From Saprolegnia diclina VS20 (taxonomy: Eukaryota), in assembly GCF_000281045.1 (NCBI RefSeq), contig NW_008246071.1:495912-521517 (forward strand): a stretch of DNA of 25,606 nucleotides. The letters run 5' to 3'. Within the stretch, counting starts at the first letter, position 1, and each line of letters begins with the position of its first letter. Below are positions 9,795 to 19,061 of the stretch, in pieces. The notes beneath the pieces are model-generated. The model was not told the DNA's origin, did not search any database, and was given only the letters and a program-made list of their open reading frames with translations. Made by a program: the position numbers and the translations under genes.

Positions 9795-11357
9795 ATGCTG
9801 CTCGTGCTATTCGTCGGCGCAGTCCTCTCGGTCGAGAGCTTCCGCGACCTCCTCGAGCAGTCCTTCGCCTTCCTCTCGGTGCTCTTCCATGACCACCTCG
9901 CCTGCGTGCTCAGCACCGTTGGCTGCATCGCGCTGCTGCTCAAGCTTCTCATGCCATCGGCGTCGACGGACGACTCGAAGAAGCAGGGCGCGTATGGCTC
10001 GATCGTGATCCACAAGGAGAGCAAGATCGCCCAGCTCTCGCACCCGTGGGAGGTGCTCTCGGCCGTCAAGATGCTCGTGCATACCAAGGTCGGCGGCGGT
10101 AAGCAACTCCCGGCCAACCTCGATACGGACACGGCGTGGTGCTTTAAGATGGTCAAGAAGGTCAGCCGCAGCTTCGCCATGGTCATCGTCGCGCTCCCGG
10201 ACGAGCTTCGTCTCTCGATCTGCGTGTTTTACCTGGCGCTCCGCGCGCTTGACACGGTCGAAGACGACATGAAGCGCATCGACAACAAGACCAAGATTGA
10301 GATGCTCCAGAAGTTTTACTTGCGCCTCTCGGAGCTCGACCTCTCGATTCACGGTATTGGCGAGGGCGACGAAGCCACGGTTTTGGAGCAGGCGGGCCAC
10401 ATGAACCGCGCGCTCGCGTCGCTGCCCAAGTCGCACCAAGACGTCATTATTGACATTACGCGCAAGATGGGCGCCGGCATGGCCGAGTTTGTCGAGGTCG
10501 ATATGGGCCAGGGCACGGTCAAGACAGCCGACTACGACAAGTACTGCTACTACGTGGCGGGTCTTGTTGGCGAAGGTCTCTCGCGCCTCTTTTCGGCGAG
10601 CGGTCTCGAGCACCCGTCCGTGGGCGAGAAGACGGAGCTCTCGATCTCGATGGGCCAGTTCCTCCAGAAGGTCAACATCATCCGCGACTACCTCGAGGAT
10701 TTCGTCGAAGGCCGCACGTTCTGGCCGCAGGAGATCTGGAAGAAGCACATGGGCAACCTCGGCGACATGCGCGACGAGGCCAAGCGCGACGCGAGCCTCA
10801 ACTGCCTCAACGAGATGGTCTTTGACGCGCTTCGCCACATCCCGGACTGCATGACGTACCTTGCGGCCATTCGCAACCCGGACGTCTTCTTCTTCTGCGC
10901 CATGCCCCAGGTGATGGCGGTCGCGACTCTCGCGCAGCTCTACAACAACCCCAAGGTCTTTACGGGCGTCGTCAAGATCCGCAAGGGTACGGCGTGCTTC
11001 CTCATGGAGCACGCGACCTCGATGCCCAAGGTCCGCGGTATGTTCTCCGAGTACGTCCACGACATTCAGGCCAAGGGCGTCTCGGCCGAGCGCACGCCGA
11101 CGCTGCATGCGGCCATTGACGCCATCCACGCCGACGCGCTGGAAGCGCCTAACATGGGCAGCATCGTCTTCCTCGCCTTCTCGAGCCTCGTGGCCGCGAT
11201 CCTCTTCCTTGTGAGCACGCGCGGCTTTGTGCTGCCGCCGCTCACGGACGCGATCGGCGTCGGCGCGCTCGCGACCATGTTTGGCAGCGTCGCCGTCTTG
11301 CTTGCGTTTGGCTTTACGCCGTTTGCGACGCCGACCAAGAAGACCAAGACCGACTAA
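9795..11357 (+). CDS. SQS: Squalene synthase (farnesyl-diphosphate farnesyltransferase), intronless
   Basis: VSRSF flap, YLALRALDTVEDD, YCYYVAGLVGEGL, MGQFLQKVNIIRDYLED, FCAMPQVMA, VVKIRKG and C-terminal membrane anchors. First ATG is at 9795; the track start at 9537 is a GTG inside the promoter. Confidence 0.97.
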   Translation: MLLVLFVGAVLSVESFRDLLEQSFAFLSVLFHDHLACVLSTVGCIALLLKLLMPSASTDDSKKQGAYGSIVIHKESKIAQLSHPWEVLSAVKMLVHTKVGGGKQLPANLDTDTAWCFKMVKKVSRSFAMVIVALPDELRLSICVFYLALRALDTVEDDMKRIDNKTKIEMLQKFYLRLSELDLSIHGIGEGDEATVLEQAGHMNRALASLPKSHQDVIIDITRKMGAGMAEFVEVDMGQGTVKTADYDKYCYYVAGLVGEGLSRLFSASGLEHPSVGEKTELSISMGQFLQKVNIIRDYLEDFVEGRTFWPQEIWKKHMGNLGDMRDEAKRDASLNCLNEMVFDALRHIPDCMTYLAAIRNPDVFFFCAMPQVMAVATLAQLYNNPKVFTGVVKIRKGTACFLMEHATSMPKVRGMFSEYVHDIQAKGVSAERTPTLHAAIDAIHADALEAPNMGSIVFLAFSSLVAAILFLVSTRGFVLPPLTDAIGVGALATMFGSVAVLLAFGFTPFATPTKKTKTD

Positions 11358-11429
11358 GTTCGGCGATGCGTTGTAGGTCCAAATAAAAATCGCCAAAAAT
11401 TCAGCTGCATGTCGTAGACTGTAGTGTTG

Positions 11430-13220
11430 CTATGGCGCCCTTGCCACGTCGCTTCGGTTGCTGCAGTAAATGGCGCTCGTCTCGATCACTACTGTGCTCT
11501 CGCATGTGCTGTTGCGCGCAAAGTTGTCTTCAAAGAAGAGCAGCGCCGCGTTGGTCACCTAGGGTTGGGGTTCGCACCGCCGACGACGAAGGACGCAGTA
11601 CCTTGAAGTGGCTCGTGAGAGCGAAAAACTCGCGGCACTTGTCATCGCTCTACTCGACCGCATGGAATGTATACGCTGTCGATACTTGATGCGACGACGG
11701 TACCTCGGGGAACAAGGATGCGAGGTCATGATTCAGCAGCTCCATGAGGGCGGTCGCGGTGTGCGTTTGCAGCAGCCGTTGCTACGCAGGTCCGGTGGCA
11801 AGAGCCCTTTGTGGAATGGGAGCGTCGTACCCGTGCTGTCGCGAGGATCGCGAGGGCGACGCGATACCAGCTTTTCCAGCCCTTTGCGAAAAACCCGTCA
11901 AAGAACGAGAGCACGAGCGCTGGGTGGAGCGTCTTGAAGTTGGCAAAGAGCGAGAGCACCCATCTAGATACGATGAGCGCCGTGGTGCGTCACCGGACGT
12001 ACCCGGAGGCGTATGTGTTGGGGTGGATGCCGTGCAGCGAAAGGTGCTGATGGACGTCCGGAAGGTGAAAGTGCACGAGCTCGTCCAGCTACTCGGACAA
12101 TCAAGGGGCAGTCGTAACGTAGATTCGTACTTGGTAAAATTTGAGGTTGAGGAGCGGGAGCCCCGGGGCACAGACGCCGCCGAGGTCGTACTTGTCCATG
12201 AGCGCCACGAGGAGCCGGAACGCGTGGTGGCACTCCCAATTGGATCCGTAGAGCAAAATCGCCGCAATGTAGTCCATGCCCTATCCACGAACGAGCGCGT
12301 CGCCTTGTTGTAGTCGATAGTTAGTCGGTGTACTTGGCAGTAGCCGATCGTGGGCTGGAAGACCACGTACGCGGTGAGGACGCGTCGCAGCGCATGCTTC
12401 CACGTCACAATGTCCTTCCACGTCTTGCCTTTCCGGAGCGCGTAGGTGACGAGCGGCCCATACGTGTCGGCGGTCTGCGGGCCAAACGTCCGGTCGACGT
12501 CCATTTCGATTTGCTGTAAATCCTGAGCCATCTTGGCGGCGTGGTCAAAGAGTAGCAGCGTTGCGCCGGGCTGCGCCTGGAGCTCCGCAAAGTACTCGGC
12601 ACGCGCCTCGACGTCCTCGAAGGCGGCGTAGATGCCTGGCGTGCGCCGAAGGACTTGGCTCCACCAGCCCGACATGCGCGAGCCAGAACAGAGGATCTCG
12701 ATGCTCCACTTCCACTACACGCAGCATACGTTTCGCCGCTCACGTTGAGTGAATCGTACCTCTTGCCACAGGCTCTGGGGCAGCTCCGGGCGCTACACAA
12801 GCTTGAGCCATCGACGAGACCTATCTATCGATGGCCGCACCTGGCAGACGTCGCAGACGCGGCATTTGGTGTCGCCGAGGCCGGGCAGGCGGGCGCGGCC
12901 GCGGGAGCAGTTGCTGCAAACGAGGGCGCCACAGTTCTACGCGCATACGTGAGGCGGTGTGTCGCAATCGGCGAGGTCTCTACTCGGCAGTGGTGCTTGC
13001 GGCGAAAGGTCGAGAAGCCGACATGGCACACCATGCAGTCGTCGGCCGCGCGGTCCGGCACCCAGGGCACGCCCGTGGCCAGGACGGCGTCGGGGCTTGC
13101 GTGCAGGTTCTTGTAGCTCACGGTCGTGTTGATGCTGTTGACGCTGCCAGCGCTCGCGATGCTAAAGTTGCGCACACGAGCATCGCCCGTCTCGGGCCCC
13201 GTGATCTTCCTCGCGATCAT
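11430..13220 (-). CDS. FYVE zinc-finger plus TBC (Rab-GAP) domain protein, several introns
   Basis: WVPD...CMVC...FRRKHHCR|NCGALVCSNCS...RVCDVC (complete FYVE signature). IEMDVDRTFG (Arg finger), IGYCQ|GMDYIA (Gln finger) and FFDGFFAKGWK. Last exon VTNAALLFFEDNF...RAP* ends at 11430. Confidence 0.88.
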
Positions 13221-13930
13221 GTTTTGTCTGGCGGCAGTATCCGGATACTTGGCCGAGCGGTCCGGTTGCGTGTTTTTTGTGCCAGATCCTGTGCTCGCTT
13301 TAAAACTAACGTTATCTGACAGCGTAGTCTTTGCCAGGCGGAAGGAGCATGGATTCGACGATACTTCGCAAGCCGCCCTCCTCTCCGGCACCAACCTTTG
13401 CGACGCTGTATGTAGCTGTCCAGGCCGTTCGAGGCAGGAGTGCCCCCGACAGTCGACCGCGACACTGCCTCAACAGAAGGCATGGCGGGGTGCTAGCAAA
13501 GTCAAAACCTCTACGGCGGAAGGAAGACTCAAGACGTGGCTTTGCAAGCGCCCCGTCATGAGGGTCGCTGCAAAGGCTTGGCCGCATCGAGTAGATTTTG
13601 CTCGCAAAGCATGTAACCCAATCCAATTGGCTCGAATGTATCAAGCTTTTCACCAATCAAACGCGAGTATTTAAAAAAGATCGAAAGACGATGCAGTCGG
13701 TACTTGACCGCGATCGTCCGGTGAGCCGCGCGCTCAAAACGTCGGTCGCGTGCCGAGTTGCATGGGCGTCTGAAGTTGCCCGCGGGCGAGATGGTCCGGA
13801 TTTAGCGTTTCAAACGTTGAGTTTTGTTTTGCTGGCGCTTCCCTTTCCGCCGAGATGCGTCAGCGTCGTTCCAGAGATGCGAACACAATACCCTTGTTTC
13901 CGAGATGAAGCTTGCATGCAAGAGCGCCAA

Positions 13931-13946
13931 GTTCATTTCCACTTTG
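13931..13946 (+). promoter_or_regulatory. Inr/FPR core promoter
   Basis: GTTCATTTCCACTTTG about 25-40 nt upstream of the mucin ATG at 13969. Confidence 0.55.
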
Positions 13947-13968
13947 GCCGACAACTACCGACAGCATC

Positions 13969-16308
13969 ATGGTCTCGGTGAAGTTGTCACTGTCTTTGAT
14001 GGGGTTTCTAGCCACCCTGGCTGCTGGTCAAGCCACTGGAGCGCCCATGTCAATGACAACGACGACAGCTTCCGTGTCCCCGTGCACTCAGACGCCGCAG
14101 CCAACGACTCCCGTGCCCTCATGCACTCAGACGCCAGCACCGACGAGTCCGGCCCCAACATCAGTGACGCCAGCTCCGACCACGAGCACCCCATCTCCTA
14201 CGACCCCCAAGCCAAGTACACCGGTGCCGACAAGCCCAACACCCACCTCGGTGACGTCAACATCGACGCCGACCACGAGCACCCCAGCACCTACTACTCC
14301 CAAGCCAAGCACGCCAGCGCCAACGACAGGTTCAACTCCGACCACCTCAACGCCACCGAGTCCGTTGCCTTCCAGCCCGACGATTAGCCCGACGGTATCG
14401 CCCAAGCCGACAACTGCGACTCCGACTACGAGTCCACCAGCTCCTGTTCCGGCAACCACAACACCGTTTCCGTCCACCGCGACACCGCAGCCAACGACAA
14501 GGCCCTTGACCCCACAGCCATCAGCGAGCCCAGTGACGCCGCAGCCGATCCCATCAACACGCAGCCCCGTGCCTCCTACTACGACACCGTCCTCAAGCCC
14601 GTCAACGGCGCCAGGTGGAATCTGCCCTGGATTCCCAGTGCCACCTGCCTCTTGCGAGGGCGCGAACTGGTTCTCAGTGTACATAGCTGGGGACACGTTT
14701 TGCGGACAAGGGACCAACCCTTGCGACAAAAATATCGACAACTGCCCTGGTCCCCAAGACGGTTTACCGTACGGCTCCATGTGTGTCCAGGCGCCTGACC
14801 TCACGTACGCCTGCATGCCACGCGTATCTTGCCCGTCTTTGGGACCAACTTCGGCACCGAAGCCGACGCAAGAAGACGGAAACTTTACGACGCAGCCCAT
14901 CCCGGTCCCGACAGAACCAACGAACGCTCCCGTAAGCTGCAGCTTTTCTGTGAGCATTCCGACGTACGAAGAGTGTGCAAACGACAAGTTGCTGGCGCAA
15001 GGCTGGCTCCCGACCAGTGTCGTGGGCAGCAGCACATTCTGCGCGCAAATCTCGCCTCCCAACAAGCCGCGCTGGTGCTCGGGCAACGCTTCGGGTGTGT
15101 GCCCCTCGCCTCAGCCCGGCCTTCCGTTTGGCTCAATCTGTCGCGTCCTCAACGAGACTCTTGCCGGTACACCGAACGCTGTCTATGGTTGTGTGCTGTC
15201 GCCAAGTTGCGACGCGTTCGAGGCCGAATCAGGGACGTTCCCGCCTATCACGCTGGCGCCGAGCCCAACCACCTCGGTGGCTCCCGTGCCATCGCCGAGT
15301 GCGTCAACCAGCTCGCCGATTCCGACGACGCCGAGTCCCGTGCCGGTGCCGACGACGGGTGCTCCGGTGACGACTGCACCAGTGCCACCCACGAGTGCGC
15401 CCGTGCCAACGAGTGGCCCCACGTCAGCCCCAGTGCCCCCGTCTCCGACCACACCGACCCCGGCGACGTTGACGCCTGCGCCAACCACGGTCACTCCAGC
15501 TCCAACCACGGTGACGCCGTCGCCCACCACGATGACACCATCGCCGACAACTGCGACGCCTCAACCAACGACGGTGACGCCTCAACCGACGACTGTGACG
15601 CCAGCTCCTACAACAGTGACGCCACAGCCGACCACAGCGACGCCTCAACCAACGACAGTGACGCCTCAACCAACGACGGTGACGCCCGTGCCCACCACAG
15701 TGACACCGCAGCCGACGACGGTGACACCGCAGCCGACCACTGTGACGCCCGTGCCGACGACACTGACGCCTCAACCGACGACACTGACGCCTCAACCGAC
15801 GACAGTGACACCTGTGCCAACCACTGTGACTCCACGACCCACTACGGTGACGCCCGTACCGACTACAGTGACTCCCGTGCCGACAACCGTAACTCCTCAA
15901 CCCTCTACGACGACTCCTGCCCCAACGACAGCCACACCGGGGCCGACGACGGTGACGCCTCAGCCAACGACTGTGACGCCCGTGCCCACCACAGTGACGC
16001 CGAACCCGACAACGGTGACACCTGTGCCAACCACTGTGACTCCACGACCGTCTACGGCGACACCGGCGCCGACTACACTGACGCCTCAGCCAACGACGGT
16101 GACACCTGCGCCCACCACGGTGACTCCACGACCCACTACGGTGACGCCCTTGCCGACTACAGTGACTCCCGTGCCGACAACCGTAACTCCTCAACCCACT
16201 ACGGCGACTCCTGCCCCAACGATAGCCACGCCGGTGCCACCGTACCCAACGCAGCCTCCGAATCCTTACCCCACGCGTGCCCCCGACTACCCAACGCGGG
16301 CTCCGTAG
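13969..16308 (+). CDS. Secreted mucin-like surface protein with two oomycete Cys-rich (putative carbohydrate-binding) modules and Pro/Thr repeats
   Basis: Signal peptide MVSVKLSLSLMGFLATLAAG; P/T/S stalk; two copies of SVxxxxTFC...CPxPQxGLP(Y/F)GSxC...YxC; heptad TTVTPxP array; C-terminal PYPT/YPTRAP repeats. Confidence 0.85.
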   Translation: MVSVKLSLSLMGFLATLAAGQATGAPMSMTTTTASVSPCTQTPQPTTPVPSCTQTPAPTSPAPTSVTPAPTTSTPSPTTPKPSTPVPTSPTPTSVTSTSTPTTSTPAPTTPKPSTPAPTTGSTPTTSTPPSPLPSSPTISPTVSPKPTTATPTTSPPAPVPATTTPFPSTATPQPTTRPLTPQPSASPVTPQPIPSTRSPVPPTTTPSSSPSTAPGGICPGFPVPPASCEGANWFSVYIAGDTFCGQGTNPCDKNIDNCPGPQDGLPYGSMCVQAPDLTYACMPRVSCPSLGPTSAPKPTQEDGNFTTQPIPVPTEPTNAPVSCSFSVSIPTYEECANDKLLAQGWLPTSVVGSSTFCAQISPPNKPRWCSGNASGVCPSPQPGLPFGSICRVLNETLAGTPNAVYGCVLSPSCDAFEAESGTFPPITLAPSPTTSVAPVPSPSASTSSPIPTTPSPVPVPTTGAPVTTAPVPPTSAPVPTSGPTSAPVPPSPTTPTPATLTPAPTTVTPAPTTVTPSPTTMTPSPTTATPQPTTVTPQPTTVTPAPTTVTPQPTTATPQPTTVTPQPTTVTPVPTTVTPQPTTVTPQPTTVTPVPTTLTPQPTTLTPQPTTVTPVPTTVTPRPTTVTPVPTTVTPVPTTVTPQPSTTTPAPTTATPGPTTVTPQPTTVTPVPTTVTPNPTTVTPVPTTVTPRPSTATPAPTTLTPQPTTVTPAPTTVTPRPTTVTPLPTTVTPVPTTVTPQPTTATPAPTIATPVPPYPTQPPNPYPTRAPDYPTRAP
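15460..16233 (+). repeat. Coding 21-bp minisatellite, about 36 units encoding TT(V/A/L)TP(Q/V/A/R)P
   Basis: Recurring ccgacgacggtgacgcc-like 21-mers; translation PTTVTPQPTTVTPVPTTVTPRP. Confidence 0.95.
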
Positions 16309-16651
16309 TCTGTACATATGTATTACTCCCTGCGACGGCGACACCGACTACGCTACATTGTTGCCTCCTTTTCTGCATGACTGTACCTGCGCTGCATAGC
16401 TGTTTAATTAAATAATGCTCATTGTTGCTTGATATCTCACACACTTTGGGCTCCTGAGACCCGCTGTTATGTTTTCCTTGTCGAGCGCCCATTCCCACCT
16501 CACATTCCCTGGCCCACAAACCCAGCAACAAAGCAAGCCTGTCCACCCACCCAGGTGCTGGCAGGTTTGTCCGCCATGCCTCGATTAACTGCTTATAGGA
16601 CTCAATCTCGGAGCATAATAGAGGTGTATTGAAAACTAACAAGCGACAACA

Positions 16652-17260
16652 TTACTTGCTCAAGTACGCCTGAAGCTGCGGCAGCGCACGCGTGCGGTCG
16701 ACGATGGCCTGGAGCTTGGGGTACGCGGCAAGCGAGACGGTGACGCTGTCGTTGGCGAGCGTGTTCAAGAAAAAGTCCAAGAGGTATACGTCCGCAAACG
16801 TGATCTGCGCGCCCGTAAAGTACGGACCCGCCACGCGTGCTTCGAGCTGCTGCAGCATGCGCGGGAAGACCTCGCTGTTGATGGCCTCAAACTTGGTCGC
16901 GCGCAGCGTCTCGTCCTTGGTCTTGAAGACGGCGTCGACGACGACGTTGACGAGCTCGAGGATCGCGTCGACGACCGCGTCGGCCTCGAGCGCCATGAGC
17001 GCGTCGGCGGGGTAGAGACCCGCGAGCTTGGCGGCGTAGCGCGCAATGGCAAGCGACTGCGCGTACGTGACCTTGTCGTTGACACGAAGCGTGGGCACTT
17101 GGCCGAACGGCAGGTCGAGCGAGCCCTTCTTCTCAAAGTACTCGGGGAACGAGAGGCGAATGTCGTCAAAGGCCACGTGGCCGTACGCGAGCACGAGGCG
17201 AATGAGTTCGGCGCGGCCAGGGATGGCAAAGTACGTCAATTGAAGCTGCGGCGCGACCAT
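16652..17260 (-). CDS. GST: Glutathione S-transferase (sigma-like), copy A, 202 aa
   Basis: LTYFAIPGRAELIRL, LPFGQVPTL, AQSLAIARYAAKLAGLYP and ITFADV motifs. Confidence 0.95.
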   Translation of the reverse strand: MVAPQLQLTYFAIPGRAELIRLVLAYGHVAFDDIRLSFPEYFEKKGSLDLPFGQVPTLRVNDKVTYAQSLAIARYAAKLAGLYPADALMALEADAVVDAILELVNVVVDAVFKTKDETLRATKFEAINSEVFPRMLQQLEARVAGPYFTGAQITFADVYLLDFFLNTLANDSVTVSLAAYPKLQAIVDRTRALPQLQAYLSK

Positions 17261-17813
17261 GATGAATGAGATAATGAGCGATCGGCCCCAAAGTGCTACT
17301 AGTACCGCTGAACTCGGTGGACCATGCTGGCGCGCGTCGGACTTCGGCGCTGCGTGGCAGGCCGAATGGCTCCACCAATAGGAACCGATGCCACCAATCA
17401 TCTGCGAGCGATTTGTCACAGATACCGTGCGCGTTGCCACGTCACTGAAGTCGATGCATCTCATGCCTGAGCGGTATTAGTAAATAATTGGAGCCGCTAT
17501 AACCCCGCGCAACATGAACACGCGAGTCGCAAGGCTGTAGTTTTACTGGATAATTTACTAGCCAGGAACTCGCTCGCCTCGTAAACACAAATTCTATTAT
17601 AGTCAAATTCACTGCATATTTGAACTGAGCGCTCTGACGTGAGCTTTGTGACGTGGCAACGCGCACGGTATCTGTGACAAATCGCTCGCAGATGATTGGT
17701 GGCATCGGTTCCTATTGGTGGAGCCATTCGACCTGCCACGCAGCGCCGAAGTCCGACGCGCGCCAGCATGGTCCACCGAGTTCAGCGGTACTAGTAGCAC
17801 TTTGGGGCCGATC

Positions 17814-17829
17814 GCTCATTATCTCATTC
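17814..17829 (+). promoter_or_regulatory. Inr/FPR-like core promoter of GST (mirrored at about 17264-17279 on the - strand)
   Basis: GCTCATTATCTCATTC directly upstream of the ATG; close to the oomycete GCTCATTYYNCAWTTT consensus. Confidence 0.55.
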
Positions 17830-17832
17830 ACC

Positions 17833-18441
17833 ATGGTCGCGCCGCAGCTTCAATTGACGTACTTTGCCATCCCTGGCCGCGCCGAACTCATTCGCCTCGT
17901 GCTCGCGTACGGCCACGTGGCCTTTGACGACATTCGCCTCTCGTTCCCCGAGTACTTTGAGAAGAAGGGCTCGCTCGACCTGCCGTTCGGCCAAGTGCCC
18001 ACGCTTCGTGTCAACGACAAGGTCACGTACGCGCAGTCGCTTGCCATTGCGCGCTACGCCGCCAAGCTCGCGGGTCTCTACCCCGCCGACGCGCTCATGG
18101 CGCTCGAGGCCGACGCGGTCGTCGACGCGATCCTCGAGCTCGTCAACGTCGTCGTCGACGCCGTCTTCAAGACCAAGGACGAGACGCTGCGCGCGACCAA
18201 GTTTGAGGCCATCAACAGCGATATCTTCCCGCGCATGTTGCAGCAGCTCGAAGCACGCGTGGCGGGTCCGTACTTTACGGGCGCGCAGATCACGTTTGCG
18301 GACGTATACCTCTTGGACTTTTTCTTGAACACGCTCGCCAACGACAGCGTCACCGTCTCGCTTGCCGCGTACCCCAAGCTCCAGGCCATCGTCGACCGCA
18401 CGCGTGCGCTGCCGCAACTCCAGGCGTACTTGAGCAAGTAA
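17833..18441 (+). CDS. GST: Glutathione S-transferase (sigma-like), copy B, 202 aa
   Basis: Same motifs as copy A; differs only at NSDIFP versus NSEVFP. Confidence 0.95.
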   Translation: MVAPQLQLTYFAIPGRAELIRLVLAYGHVAFDDIRLSFPEYFEKKGSLDLPFGQVPTLRVNDKVTYAQSLAIARYAAKLAGLYPADALMALEADAVVDAILELVNVVVDAVFKTKDETLRATKFEAINSDIFPRMLQQLEARVAGPYFTGAQITFADVYLLDFFLNTLANDSVTVSLAAYPKLQAIVDRTRALPQLQAYLSK

Positions 18442-19061
18442 TTGTAATTGTTCATGTATTTTTTACCGTCGCTCATGGATGGACATCAAATGGGCTCAAA
18501 ATGGATCGTCTGCTTCCCGCCCGACACGCACATAGATCTTAGTCCATAAGCTCGAGGTCTATTGTAAGCAAGGAGGCATGAGATTTGAGTGCCAAATTGC
18601 TCACGGCCAACCACTCGTTGCTGACGAGTTCCAAACCTGCAAATATGCGGGCGCTACGGTGCGATCCACATGCGTGTGGACGTCCTATGATGGCTTCCGT
18701 CGTGCAGCGCAAAAAACACACCGAGGGCATCTGTCAAAAAGCGCAGACTGTTGAGTGGCGTCGTGGCGGTCGCGGAAGTCAGGCTCGGAACTGAGATCTA
18801 GAGCATTGAGACTAGCACCATGGACATACAACAAAGCGTGGAATATGGAATGACCGTTGACAGAGGACTAGGAACCACTGCCGGCAGCATGTCCTGCATT
18901 TGCCACCGACAGCCCTATCTGGACCACACTCAGACTTCATGAACTAGGCAAATGTCTCCTCGAACCCTACAAGCTCTCCAATTATTCATACGTGCGTTCG
19001 CAGGACATGGTTGATCCAACTGCTAACATGTCAAACACTACTCCAGCCTTCAAAAATGACG

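Larger units (their letters stand above)
16651..18442. repeat. Inverted duplication: 795-bp arms (16651-17445 and 17648-18442) around a 202-bp spacer
   Basis: The arms are reverse complements (coordinate sum 35093) with about 7 substitutions found by eye and no indels. Confidence 0.97.

Noticed and set aside
9807..11396. 529-aa antisense ORF over squalene synthase
   Set aside because: Shadow frame produced by GC3-rich codon usage; no motifs. Similar shadows overlie PGK, GST, MND1 and Twinkle.
15460..16233. Possible CRISPR-like array
   Set aside because: Contiguous coding tandem repeat without unique spacers; eukaryotic context and no cas genes.
14829..16415. 528-aa Asp/His-rich alternative-frame ORF and minus-strand Val/Gly and Arg-rich ORFs
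   Set aside because: Off-frame readings of the 21-bp Pro/Thr repeat.
16651..18442. Transposon with long terminal inverted repeats
   Set aside because: The arms are the GST genes themselves; no transposase and no target-site duplication seen.
18480..19050. Short ORFs between GST and bZIP
   Set aside because: No coherent gene model or recognisable motif; possibly decayed sequence.
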